DNA of 64,000 bases, taken from Oscillospiraceae bacterium. Lineage in GTDB: Bacteria > Bacillota > Clostridia > Oscillospirales > CAG-382. The stretch covers positions 10,081 through 74,080 of the forward strand of contig SVQU01000006.1 of assembly GCA_015065165.1 (NCBI GenBank), written 5' to 3'. Numbering within the stretch: the first letter of the stretch is position 1; every line of letters begins with the position of its first letter. Shown here piece after piece: positions 42,257 through 52,900 of the stretch. The translations under genes were made by a program, and so were the position numbers. The notes below the pieces were generated by a model, which made no database searches, had not been told where the DNA came from, and saw only the letters and a program-made list of their open reading frames with translations.

Positions 42257-43479
42257 TTTCGGAAGAAATTATCGGACCAGACAACTTAATTTCACAAGAA
42301 AACGAAAATGCCGCGGCGGATGAACAAACCGCGGCTTTTTGTGATGAAGAAAACCAAGAAACAGAAAATAAAGCTTCGTTTAAGGATTTCTTCCAAGAAT
42401 TCTTTACACGGAAATTCAAAATTGTGTGCATTGCATTTTTGTGCGCCTTGGCGGTATATATTCTTTCGAGATTTATCCCCGCTTTTGCAGAATTTTGGAC
42501 AAGATATCCCGCCCAAGGAATTCGATTTATTATGGCGAAGCTTACGGGATGGATTCCCTTTTCGGTGGCGGAATGTTTAATTCTTTCTCTGCCCGTTATT
42601 TGCGCGGCGTATATAACTGCATCGATGATTGCCACAAAAAGGGATGAAAGCAACTATACCTTTTACAAGTGGATTCGTCCTATGGTTTCGTTGGTATTAA
42701 TTATCTTTACCTTGTTTCTTTCGATGTTCGGTCCCGCTTACGGTAGGCTTAGGCTTTCGGAAAACCTTGGGATTGAGCAAAAGGACGTTTCGGCAAACGA
42801 GCTTGTGGAAACTGCAACCATTATTTCACAAAAGGTTAGCGCAGAGCTTGAAAGCATCAATTTTGATTACAGCGGGGCTTCGGTTTTGCCCTATGATTAT
42901 TGGGAATTAAGGGAAAAGATAAACGACGCATTTGACGAATATGCATCGGGGGTTGATTACGTTTCGCATTTTGATTCCAACCCCAAGCCTATTGCGGTTT
43001 CTGAGGTTATGACTTACACCCACATTTCGGGCGTATACACCTTTATGACAGGTGAAGCAAACATCAACACCAATTATCCCAACTTCCTTATGCCCTTTAC
43101 TATGGCCCACGAAATGGCACATCAAAGAGGCATTGCAAGAGAGGACGAGGCAAATTTCGTTGCGTTTTTGGTTTGTACCGGCAGTGATGACGCTTACATT
43201 CGATACAGTGGTTATGCGAATATGCTTAATTATATGTTAACGGCTATTGCCAACGCAGACGTTGCGCTTTATGCAGACTTTGCGGTTAACGTTTTGCCCC
43301 ATGATATTGCAAGAGAGTTTGTGGCATATTCCAGATTCTTCGACAAATACCGCGAAAGCGTTGCCAGTGATATCACAGGTGCGGTAAACAACACCTTTTT
43401 ACAATCGCAAGGTCAAAAGGAAGGCACAAAAAGTTATGGTCTTGTTGTTGATTTGGCGGTTGCTTATTACAAGCAGTAG
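42232..43479 (+). CDS. DUF3810 family membrane-anchored putative metallopeptidase
   Basis: TM segments; TGEANIN, HEMAHQRG, EDEANF. Confidence 0.85.
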   Translation: MEPRNKEIISEEIIGPDNLISQENENAAADEQTAAFCDEENQETENKASFKDFFQEFFTRKFKIVCIAFLCALAVYILSRFIPAFAEFWTRYPAQGIRFIMAKLTGWIPFSVAECLILSLPVICAAYITASMIATKRDESNYTFYKWIRPMVSLVLIIFTLFLSMFGPAYGRLRLSENLGIEQKDVSANELVETATIISQKVSAELESINFDYSGASVLPYDYWELREKINDAFDEYASGVDYVSHFDSNPKPIAVSEVMTYTHISGVYTFMTGEANINTNYPNFLMPFTMAHEMAHQRGIAREDEANFVAFLVCTGSDDAYIRYSGYANMLNYMLTAIANADVALYADFAVNVLPHDIAREFVAYSRFFDKYRESVASDITGAVNNTFLQSQGQKEGTKSYGLVVDLAVAYYKQ

Positions 43480-43527
43480 TTAAATTTTCTTTTCATACAG
43501 CAAAAAACACCGCCGCAGCGGTGTTTT

Positions 43528-45696
43528 TTATTGCAATTTTGCATCTATAAAAGCGATTTTTCCGTTTTCGTCAAGCTTTAGCTTGGAATCGAACTTCTTG
43601 CCTGTTTTACCTGTAAAGCCTTTTATAACTGCGGTTTCTCCGTCTTTTAAAAGCTTTGTAACTTGATTTTCGGTAAGCTTCTTCCCTGCCACTGTCATAG
43701 ACATTATAAATTTACAGCCCTCTTTTGATGCAGAGCAGATATATCCCTTTTCCTCTACGATATTAACGGGTTTTCCGCAAAGGGGGCATTTCACACCGTC
43801 TAAAACCGTGCCGTAATTACATTGGGTTAGGGCAACTTTAGAATTAATAACACGAACCCAATTTGCCACCGTGGTCTCGAAATCACGGCGGAATGCGGAG
43901 GCATCCTCGGTTCCCCTTGCTATATCCGCAAGACGGCGTTCCCATTTTGCGGTGAGCTCGGCGGATTTAATTTGCTCTAAGGGAAGTTTTTTTATAAGGT
44001 CTATTCCCTTTTCGGTTGCGCGCAGAGTTTTCTTTTCGCGGACGATATATTCTCGCTGTATCAGAGTTTGAATTATCGCGGCACGTGTTGCCTCGGTACC
44101 GATACCGCCGGTTTTAGGGTCGGACATAAGCTTTTTCAGTTCGGCGTCGTCCAAATCCTTACCTGCGGAAAGCATTGCGGCAAGAATGGTTTTATCTGTA
44201 TAGCGTTTGGGCGGCTCTGTCATTTTATCACAAAGCTTATAATCGCCCTTTAGAACCTCGCCAACCTCCATATCGGGGAGGATTTCGGTTTTGGAGGCAT
44301 CCCCTACAATCATCCAGCCTGCATCGGCAATTATAGAACCGTTGGCTTTAAAGGTTTCGCCGTTTACGTCGATTGTAACCTTGGTTTGCTCTAAGGTGGC
44401 GGGACCGTAAAGCATTTTTATTACCGAACGGCAGATAAGGTCATAAACCTTTTTATGCTCGTCGGGCAAGCCCTTTGGAATATTACCCGTGGGAATTATT
44501 GCAAAGTGGGATTCCACTTTTTTATTATCAAAATAATGTTTTTTATCGAAGGTACGCGGTCTGCCGTTGATTAGATTTTGATAAATAGAAACCGTGGCGA
44601 GTTTATTCAGAACGTTATTTACCGTGGGTTCCATATCCTCGGTGAGATATTGGGAATTGGTACGGGGATAGGTTGTAAAACCGTCGTCATAAAGCTTTTG
44701 GACGATTTCAAGGGTTTTATCAAGGGTAAATCCAAATTTGGAGTTAGCGTCCATTTGCAAAGCCGAAAGACTATAAAGTAAGGGCGGTTCTTTTTTTACC
44801 TTTTTCTTCTTTATATCCGAAACCACACCGTCGTGTCCGTTGATTTTCTCGAACAGTTCTTCTGCCTTGGATTTTTCAAGGATTTTCTCTTGGCTGTGCT
44901 TTGCCTTAAAGGATTCGCCCTTTTGGTTAGTGAATTCGGCTTCTATTGCCCAATAGGGGCTTTTTTTAAATTCGGTTACGGCAATTTCCCTATCTACAAG
45001 CATAGCAAGGGTTGGGGTTTGTACTCTGCCGATGCTCATTACACCTGCGCCGGGGTTTTTAAGAGTCATCGCAACAGTTAGGTTTGCGCCAACAACCCAA
45101 TCGGCTATACCGCGCATTCTGCCCGCGGATTCGGTATTTTTCATTTCTTCGCCGTTCTTTATATTTTTAGTGAAGCCTTCTATTATCCCCTCTTTGGTTT
45201 GAGAGGTAAAGCAAGCGCGTTTAACGGGCTTATCAACACCCGAAAGCTCATAGATATATGCAAAGATAACCTCGCCCTCGCGGTCAAAGTCGGTGGCGTT
45301 AATTATCATATCGCTTTTTTGGAAAAGGTCCTTAACTATATTAAACTGCTTTGCAACCTTGGAATCCCAGCTTGAATTATTGCTTGTACGAAGCATAATT
45401 TCATATTCGTTAGGGATATAGGGCAAGGGCATTGCGCGCCAATTTTTATAGGAAGGAACGTAATCGGCGGCTTGCTTTAGCGAGCATAAATGTCCGAACC
45501 CCCAGGTTATATAGCAATCGTGGCCTTTGTATTGGATTTTTAAATATCCGTCTTTATTTTGCTGTGATTTAACAGCCTTTTCGTTTGCTTTAAGGGAGGA
45601 AAACTCAACGGTTTTGCCGTTTGACAGATATATTTTATCCAACGCGGCGGCAATTTTATTGCCCACGTCGGGCTTTTCGGCAAGTATTGTAACCAT
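43528..45696 (-). CDS. topB: DNA topoisomerase III (type IA)
   Basis: AEKP, ATDFDREGE, GRVQTPTL, TYPRT, HFAIIPT, GIGTEATRA. Confidence 0.93.
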   Translation of the reverse strand: MVTILAEKPDVGNKIAAALDKIYLSNGKTVEFSSLKANEKAVKSQQNKDGYLKIQYKGHDCYITWGFGHLCSLKQAADYVPSYKNWRAMPLPYIPNEYEIMLRTSNNSSWDSKVAKQFNIVKDLFQKSDMIINATDFDREGEVIFAYIYELSGVDKPVKRACFTSQTKEGIIEGFTKNIKNGEEMKNTESAGRMRGIADWVVGANLTVAMTLKNPGAGVMSIGRVQTPTLAMLVDREIAVTEFKKSPYWAIEAEFTNQKGESFKAKHSQEKILEKSKAEELFEKINGHDGVVSDIKKKKVKKEPPLLYSLSALQMDANSKFGFTLDKTLEIVQKLYDDGFTTYPRTNSQYLTEDMEPTVNNVLNKLATVSIYQNLINGRPRTFDKKHYFDNKKVESHFAIIPTGNIPKGLPDEHKKVYDLICRSVIKMLYGPATLEQTKVTIDVNGETFKANGSIIADAGWMIVGDASKTEILPDMEVGEVLKGDYKLCDKMTEPPKRYTDKTILAAMLSAGKDLDDAELKKLMSDPKTGGIGTEATRAAIIQTLIQREYIVREKKTLRATEKGIDLIKKLPLEQIKSAELTAKWERRLADIARGTEDASAFRRDFETTVANWVRVINSKVALTQCNYGTVLDGVKCPLCGKPVNIVEEKGYICSASKEGCKFIMSMTVAGKKLTENQVTKLLKDGETAVIKGFTGKTGKKFDSKLKLDENGKIAFIDAKLQ

Positions 45697-45784
45697 ATAT
45701 TTCTCCTCTCTTTTTTCGTCATCCTTATGATTTTAACTTAGCTTTAATAAATTGTCAAGTTTTTATATAGTTAGTTTTATTTCC

Positions 45785-45813
45785 TTGACATTTGGAATAA
45801 AGTTTAGTATAAT
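45785..45813 (+). promoter_or_regulatory. Sigma-A promoter TTGACA-17-TATAAT
   Basis: Perfect consensus; upstream of the small ORF and the host tRNA 5' half. Confidence 0.85.
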
Positions 45814-45858
45814 TGCGGTTGTGGTGTTTTGGTAATCAATTTAGAGGATTTAGATTTC

Positions 45859-46125
45859 ATGAAGATATTTAAAACCATGTTTTTCGTTAGTCTTGTTGTT
45901 CTTATCATTCTTCTTATTTTTGTTGCAACTGCAGTTGTTTCTGCTGTTTCTCTTGAAAACAGTAATACAGAAAGTGTCGCTATAATCGGCGGTGCCGACG
46001 GCCCTACCGCAATTTTGATTACCAGTACGCTTATTTTTGATCATCCGACGTTTAGATTGCTCATCTTGGTTGCGATTGTGTTTATCGTTTCTTCAGTTGG
46101 ATGGTTGGTAAGTCGAAAGAAGTAA
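45859..46125 (+). CDS. Small membrane protein with the OadB-type IIGGADGPTAI motif
   Basis: Two TM segments flanking AIIGGADGPTAI; RBS gagga. Confidence 0.7.
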   Translation: MKIFKTMFFVSLVVLIILLIFVATAVVSAVSLENSNTESVAIIGGADGPTAILITSTLIFDHPTFRLLILVAIVFIVSSVGWLVSRKK

Positions 46126-46147
46126 TTTTAGACGGTCAATATTATTT

Positions 46148-46189
46148 CGAGGTGTGGCGCAATGGTAGCGCGCTTGCTTTGGGAGCAAG
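46148..46189 (+). pseudogene. 5' half of host tRNA-Pro(UGG), ending at the left attachment core
   Basis: CGAGGTG TG GCGC AATGGTA GCGC G CTTGC TTTGGGA GCAAG, with no T-arm following. Confidence 0.92.
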
Positions 46190-46289
46190 TGATATTCCCC
46201 TACTTCACCAATTGCACAAAAGCCGAAACCCCTTGATTTCACTTGATTTTTTGTTGTTTTATTTTTTGTGTTTTTATCAAAAATGTGAT

Positions 46290-46315
46290 TTTGACCACAA
46301 TTTTGACCACAATTG
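46290..46315 (+). repeat. Tandem TTTGACCACAAT repeat, left (probable integrase arm site)
   Basis: tttgaccacaattttgaccacaattg, identical to 54774-54799. Confidence 0.75.
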
Positions 46316-46371
46316 ATTTACTTATTTATAAGCAATTTTCTACCATTATATATTATAATTTAATAATATTT

Positions 46372-46447
46372 CGGGGTGTAGCGCAGTTGGGAGCGCGCGA
46401 CATTTGGGATGTTGAGGCCGCAGGTTCGAACCCTGTCACTCCGACCA
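46372..46447 (+). tRNA. Complete island-borne tRNA-Pro(UGG) with encoded CCA
   Basis: Acceptor CGGGGTG/CACTCCG, D stem GCGC, anticodon stem CGACA/TGTTG with loop TTTGGGA, T loop TTCGAAC, ACCA end. Confidence 0.95.
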
Positions 46448-46471
46448 GAATAGCGGTTTTGACCGCATACG

Positions 46472-46504
46472 AAAGCCGCAAAGTAGGGATACTTTGCGGC
46501 TTTT
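46472..46504 (+). terminator. Terminator after the island tRNA
   Basis: aaagccgcaaagta-ggga-tactttgcggcttt(t). Confidence 0.75.
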
Positions 46505-46594
46505 CAAGTCTTGGAGGTTTATATGTGCATCTCGAAATATATATTTAGCAAAATCGGATTTATCATCAAGAAAAAAACTATTCGGAGGAAAATC

Positions 46595-47710
46595 GTGAAA
46601 AAACATAACTGGGTACAAAATATAAATTACAAAAAATTTATTGCACCATTTGAAATTAGTTCTGGTAATCAATATCTTTCCGAACTAAAGACTCTATTAG
46701 ACCTTTTTGTGGACGAACTAATAAATTGCAAAGCAGAAGAAACCATAGTTTCTGTTGCAAAACTTTACAGAGACAAAATTATTAATTCAATAGAACTGTA
46801 TTATCAAGGAAATATTATAGATGCCCAAAGCACTATAAATGAACTAATTGATGATTTTAGCGATGACTCCATTGCAATTTCGCATATTAATGACAGCATC
46901 GCCTTCCCTTCCCCGCGAAAGGGGGTTAAATCTGAGGTTCAATTCTTTAGAGCAAGACTTACCGAAAATGTAACAGATTTCCCTGCAAAAGATATGTTGC
47001 ACATTCCATTTTCCAAACGCGATATTGTAAAGGGTGAACGTTTTAGTATACCTGGATTACCTTGTTTATATTTGGCTAATTCAACATATACATGTTGGAT
47101 TGAAATGGGTTGTCCTGCAGATCATAAATTTAATGTATCGCCTGTTGTGTTAGACAATACTCAAAGAATTTTCAATCTAACTGTATCTATACGCGACCTA
47201 ATGGATTATACAACTATCGAAAACTCTGAAAACGACAACCATGAAGAGAGCATCATCGCCTTAATCAAGCTTTTAATGTTGTCGATGGGAACATCTTTCA
47301 ACGTAGCTTCAGGTAGTGATCGCAACTTCAAGGCTGAATATATACTGCCACAAATGATCATGTTAGCCTGCAAACATAGGAACCTGGATGGTGTTACATA
47401 CTATTCTAAGAAAGTTACAGATGATATTTTTGCACATGTTGTAGGTGTAAATTTAGTTTTGTTTGCATCTTATAACGGTGAAAAAGAACTTTCTAATATT
47501 TGCGAACATATTGAAATTAGCGATTCTTTTAATTATTCAATGTTTAAACAATTAATGCCGAGTTTGCTTTGCAAATCATACGATCTGCGTATATTAGATT
47601 CTCCATATATAACTAATATCGGTTCGTTCGACCGACAGTTCCCTTATCGAGAAACACAATTTTTCGCTTTTGATCAGTATTTATTTGCAAACTGGAACCG
47701 CGGGCACTAA
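46595..47710 (+). CDS. RES-domain protein
   Basis: FFRAR...ERFSIPGLPCLYLA...CWIEM...YILPQ...DGVTYYS (R/E/S layout); GTG start after ggagg. Confidence 0.75.
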   Translation: MKKHNWVQNINYKKFIAPFEISSGNQYLSELKTLLDLFVDELINCKAEETIVSVAKLYRDKIINSIELYYQGNIIDAQSTINELIDDFSDDSIAISHINDSIAFPSPRKGVKSEVQFFRARLTENVTDFPAKDMLHIPFSKRDIVKGERFSIPGLPCLYLANSTYTCWIEMGCPADHKFNVSPVVLDNTQRIFNLTVSIRDLMDYTTIENSENDNHEESIIALIKLLMLSMGTSFNVASGSDRNFKAEYILPQMIMLACKHRNLDGVTYYSKKVTDDIFAHVVGVNLVLFASYNGEKELSNICEHIEISDSFNYSMFKQLMPSLLCKSYDLRILDSPYITNIGSFDRQFPYRETQFFAFDQYLFANWNRGH

Positions 47711-47727
47711 AAAGGATTGAGAATAGA

Positions 47728-49014
47728 ATGAAAAAAGAAATCAAAAAATGTATTAAATACTATTTAAGAAATATCGATTCCGAGGCATTTCGGGAATACG
47801 TTAAAAAGTCCGAAGAAAATGGTACGAGAGTGCATCAAGAGTATATAAAAGAGAAAAAACCTCAATGGGCAAATCGCACTGATTATTTTGAGGAAAGCAC
47901 TATTGCTCGGATTATCATTGGAGATGTTTTATCTAATGATGGGGTTGTTAAACTTTTAAAGAAACTTTATGCACTACCCAAAAATAAATTTAAAGTAAAA
48001 AACTATTACAAAAAGCCACCTTTAAAAAACAAGTATGATTATATACGTCTTCAGTATACCCACTCCGGAATAGGTAGATTTGCAGAAATCGAATTTTTAG
48101 ATGATAAATATATCAAACGTATAGAAATCAGTTGGAGCCAAATCAATAATTATTTTGCTTTTATAGAGTATTCTTTTTGGTTCCATAAGTGTTTGGACGA
48201 AACACTCTACGGCAATTTCATTTCTGAAAACCTGCCTAAATTGACAAAAAAAGATTATATTACTTGGTATCACATAAAGAATGACAAAGAAGATAAATAC
48301 AAGGATAATTATATGGCGTTACAGCAAATGCACACTGAATTTTTCAATGTTGTTTGCCAACACTATATAACTACCCTGTTGTATAGTGAGCAAGGATCTA
48401 CTAATCTTCTATTAAACATTACATTTTTTGTGAGAGAGAAACCCATTGACATTTCGACCTTGTATATTAGTGATTTTGGGGAAGCGTTTTATAACCGAAA
48501 AGGGAATTACATTATAGTTAGTGATTTTCATGGCGATCGTCATTGTCTTTATTCTGGAAATAATAGGATTCCTAATTTTAATCCATGCGGATATATTTCT
48601 AAATACGGAAATGACTTTTACTATAAGTTTTTCGGAGAAAAAGAATTAAAGAATTTTGAATATGAATTTTCCAAATATACGAACGGAAGAACGAAAGCTA
48701 AATACAACAAAAAGATAATAAGACTTCTGAATAAAATTCAGAGTCTCTCTGATTACGAATATCCCAATTCTTCAAAATTTTACTCTGGTTTCAAAGAGTC
48801 TTGGGATTTCTATGTAGGTAACGAAACGGAAGATATCAAGAAATGGCATGGTAATAATCTGAAAAAAATCAAAAATATTTTCGAAAAGAACTTTGAATAC
48901 CTAAAGGTTCTTACCGAAATAAATTATACTCGGAGCAATCATTCGATATCCATTATTGCAGCTGTGATTTCTGTGGTAGCAACGATCATATCATTAGTAG
49001 CTATTTTTGTGTGA
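47728..49014 (+). CDS. Uncharacterised protein with single C-terminal TM helix
   Basis: 428-aa ORF 17 bp after the RES gene; ends ISIIAAVISVVATIISLVAIFV. Confidence 0.8.
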   Translation: MKKEIKKCIKYYLRNIDSEAFREYVKKSEENGTRVHQEYIKEKKPQWANRTDYFEESTIARIIIGDVLSNDGVVKLLKKLYALPKNKFKVKNYYKKPPLKNKYDYIRLQYTHSGIGRFAEIEFLDDKYIKRIEISWSQINNYFAFIEYSFWFHKCLDETLYGNFISENLPKLTKKDYITWYHIKNDKEDKYKDNYMALQQMHTEFFNVVCQHYITTLLYSEQGSTNLLLNITFFVREKPIDISTLYISDFGEAFYNRKGNYIIVSDFHGDRHCLYSGNNRIPNFNPCGYISKYGNDFYYKFFGEKELKNFEYEFSKYTNGRTKAKYNKKIIRLLNKIQSLSDYEYPNSSKFYSGFKESWDFYVGNETEDIKKWHGNNLKKIKNIFEKNFEYLKVLTEINYTRSNHSISIIAAVISVVATIISLVAIFV

Positions 49015-49064
49015 TTTTCAAAATCCTTTTCTTTGTTTACTCCGAACTAACCATTGAGGGCGCC

Positions 49065-49600
49065 TTAATCGGCGCCCTCTTTTAGTTTTGCTTTTTCTTC
49101 CTCTATTTCCGCTTTCTTGATTTTTATCATTTCGTCGAGCTTTTGTTCACATTCTTCAAGCGAATGTGTGTAGACGTTACAAGCAACTCTTTTGCCTTGT
49201 GCGTTGGTGGGCGTGTATCTACCTTCCCACAAGTTTTCTCCGATTCTATAGATTCCACCAGTTCCGCTTCTTCTTATTTTACCTTTATATGGCTTAAACT
49301 CCACTTTCACGGGAGCTTTAGAATCTTCTATTGCCGTTATTTCAATTTCACTTTCTTCTATTATGGTGTCACTTCTGCACATATGTGCATCAATTTTCAT
49401 CGCTGCATTATTAAGCATTTCGTTTGTAATGTGGCTATATATATCCAACGTTGTTGACGATGACTTATGTCCTATAATTCGGGAGAGTGTTTTTATATCC
49501 ATACCGTGTTCGAGAGCCATCGTAGCGAAGGTATGACGCAAATCGTGGAATCGTATTCTCTTGCAATCTGATCTTTCCAATATCTGCTGACATTTTCTAT
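49065..49600 (-). pseudogene. 5'-truncated tyrosine integrase
   Basis: RFHDLRHTFAT, IIGH, DIYSH catalytic motifs present; N-terminal part missing. Confidence 0.88.
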
Positions 49601-49627
49601 ATAAATGATACCAAACAAATACTTCCA

Positions 49628-49933
49628 ATGAATGATAATAGATATAGCATTAGTTTTAAAGAAAAAGAACATTTTACTAAACTAATCTTTGGGGTTCCCA
49701 TCAAAGATGTTTGCGAAGGAAAAATTGTTTCCCCAACCATAAGAAAATTTAACAAATCATTCGTTTTTAAAGGAAGTAATGCAATTGTTGTTATTAGTAA
49801 TAACAAATATACCTTCATGCACGACAACATAAGCATCGAATTTGCATTAAATGATGTTTTTAAAAAATTATCTAACAACACTATGCTTCAACAACAGCAA
49901 ATCTCTTGCTGTAGTAAGCGACTTGGATTCTGA
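49628..49933 (+). pseudogene. AT-rich gene fragment between the integrase and RHS remnants
   Basis: Open frame without a clear RBS; abrupt compositional junctions at both ends. Confidence 0.35.
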
Positions 49934-52900
49934 AGCTTATGCCTGCCAAACTATTAACGTGAAGAAAGAAGATTCTACACGCCAAACCTTTACCCTTTCC
50001 GGTTGGGCAAAAGGCGAAGGCATCATTGATCGTGAACGCGAAGCGTGTGAAAAGCCCTCGTTCTGTTTGCGTGCATGTATCAACTACAAATCCGGCGAAT
50101 GTGAAGAACATATTGCAGAATTTTCGCCTTGCACTGATGGTTGGCAGTTTGCTTCGGTTGAATTCGCAAAGGAAAAATTCTGCGCTGTCGAGTCGATAAA
50201 GGTTTATTGCGACTATAGCAACAACGTCGGTACTGCATACTTTGACAATATTCAGCTTGTTTGCAACTCTATCGAAACCGAACTTTTTGCAGACGACTTT
50301 ACAACCATCAGCGAAGACTACTCCGCAGACGAAGATACCGCAGAAGATACTTTCAATCCGGGCTTTAGCACCGAAGCAGAAGAAACTGATAGTGCGCCCG
50401 AATTCGAAGAAGCAAGAGATCCTCACGGTAATCCCTTCACCGAAACCAATTTTGTAGATGGCGAATTCGGTACAATCTATCGCTCGTTTAAATACTACAA
50501 CGATATGGATCATATCGGCAACGACCTCACTTGCGAAACCGACCCCAGAGGTAACGAAACCAAATATGATGTAAATACAAATACTTCCAAAAACAACGCT
50601 GTTATCGACCGTTGCGGTAATAAAACCGAATACGAATATGACAGATTCGGTGAAGTATCTAAGGTAACCAGCTTTGAAAAAATCGGCGTAGATGACGAAG
50701 GTAATCCCATCTATCATCCCCTCGCAGACGTTTCCTATGCGTATTGCGAATTCGGTCAATTAGGAATGATCTCCCGTGGCGACGGCATGAAATATAACAT
50801 CGATTATGACGAATTCAATCAACTTCAGGCGATCGGTATCAAGGGTAAGCCCGAAAAGCTTGTAAAATATGATTACAAGACCGGTTCCGGCAGACTTAAA
50901 TCCGTAACCTATGCAAACGGTAACGTTATGTATGCTACCTACAACAGCATTGGTCAGATGATAAGCGAAACCTGGAAAGATACTGAAGACGGCAACATTA
51001 TTGCATATTATAAATATGTTTATGACGGCAGCGGTAATATCGTAAGAAGCCTTGACATAGTTTCGGGAATTGAGTATACTTATACCTACGAGGAAGGCAG
51101 AATTGTTCGTGCTACCGAAACTGTTGTTATCTATGACAGCAACTGTATCGCGGTTTCCAGAGGAGATACAAACACCATATTCTACAGCTATAATAACGAA
51201 GGTCAGCTTGTTAAAAAGCGTGTCGTTACTTCTGATGGTGCTGAACGTATCACCTACTATGAGCACAACGATGACAACACAATCGTTAAGTTCTCCGCAG
51301 GCGGTTTGAATGCCACTGCTCACAGCAAAACTGACGGTTTCGGCAGAAAGATTTTCGACGAAGTGCAGACCGGCAGAGGCTTTGTTTCCAGACAGTTTAG
51401 TTACCACGCAGGTGCTGTAACCGACGCTCACAAAGATTCGGACAAAGTTAAGTCCTCGCCTACCACACAGCTTGTAAGCCGTATTGAGCTTTCCGACGGC
51501 AGATCCCTTTCCTATGAATACGATGCTGAAGAACGCATCACCTCTGTTGTTGAGTCTTATGCTGTTGACGGTCAGCCTGTTACCAATACCATTCTTTACA
51601 CTTACGATGCACTTGGTCAGCTTCTTACCGAAACGGTTAACGGTGTTGTAGTGAATGAAATGACCTATGACAATTACGGCAACATTCTTACCAAAAACGG
51701 CAAGATTTACACCTATGGCGATTCTGTTTGGAAGGATAAGCTTACCGCAATCGATGGTCAGGCTATTACCTATGATGCACAGGGCAACCCTGTTTCTTAT
51801 CTCGGCCATGATTTGACGTGGGAGAAAGGCAGACAGCTTAAATACTTTGATGGTGTTTCTTACACCTACAATGCAAACGCCATTCGTACTTCTAAAACCG
51901 TCAATGGTGCAAAGCACACCTATATCTTAGACGGCACCAAGATTCTTCGTGAACATTGGATGGAATGCGCCACACCGCACACTATTACTCCTTTGTATGA
52001 TAACGAAGACTCTGTTTGCGGTATCGACTACGGTAATCATACCTTCTATTTCTTGAAGAACCTTCAGGGCGACGTTATTGCCATCGCAGACATCGAGGGC
52101 AATGTTGTTGGTCGTTACTCCTACGATGCTTGGGGCGTACCTACCATTACTCAAGATAGCTCCTTCACAGTATGGGAAAAAGGCGTTGAGTTATATTCGT
52201 TCAATATTGCAGAAGTTAACCCCTTCCGTTACCGTGGTTATTACTATGATAACGAAATTGGTTTGTACTATCTCCAAAGTAGGTATTACAACCCTGTAAC
52301 TGGTAGGTTTGTGAATGCGGACATTCCTGAAATAATCGTCTTACATGGTAGATATTCTTTAAATGTAAACATGTATGCATATTGCAATAACGATCCAGTT
52401 ATTGGCAACGATCCTATGGGAATGCTTGATGCAGCTGGCGCCGCAAGTTGGCTGAATGCAACTGATGTATTCAACATGTATGCACAAGACCTGTATACAG
52501 CTTATGCAGCAACTTTAACTAAAATTGGATTATATATAACAGCGTTTCTTACTCCTAAAGTAAGCGCAGCTTTTTGGTGGCAACCTTGGCTTATTGCAGG
52601 CATAGTGGTCGCAGCTGTTGCAATAGTAATTGCTTCTGTTGCAATTATATATAATGCTAAAGTAAAGGAAAGAGAAAGAGAAAGACAAAAGTACCTAACG
52701 TCTGATAAAACGCTTTCTGATGTCAAGTTAAAACTGCAGTCCGGCAAGCATTATCACTTAGCCTATATTAGCAAGCAAGGCGAGTTATATAAAACCGGAA
52801 ATAAAATGACCTTTGTTCAAGCTTTAATTGCATTAGGTATAACTGGTGCTGTTAACAGCATTACACGTAGGTACAAATACGACAAAACCAAATCTTCCAC

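Noticed and set aside
43528-45696. topB as part of the island or an ICE
   Set aside because: It lies outside the left attachment site, has host-like composition, and no conjugation genes are nearby.
46101-46672. Short ORFs 46101-46316, 46243-46548, 46436-46672 (and 54735-55060)
   Set aside because: They overlap tRNA and att sequences; the shared FDHNFDHN peptide is just the translated arm repeat.
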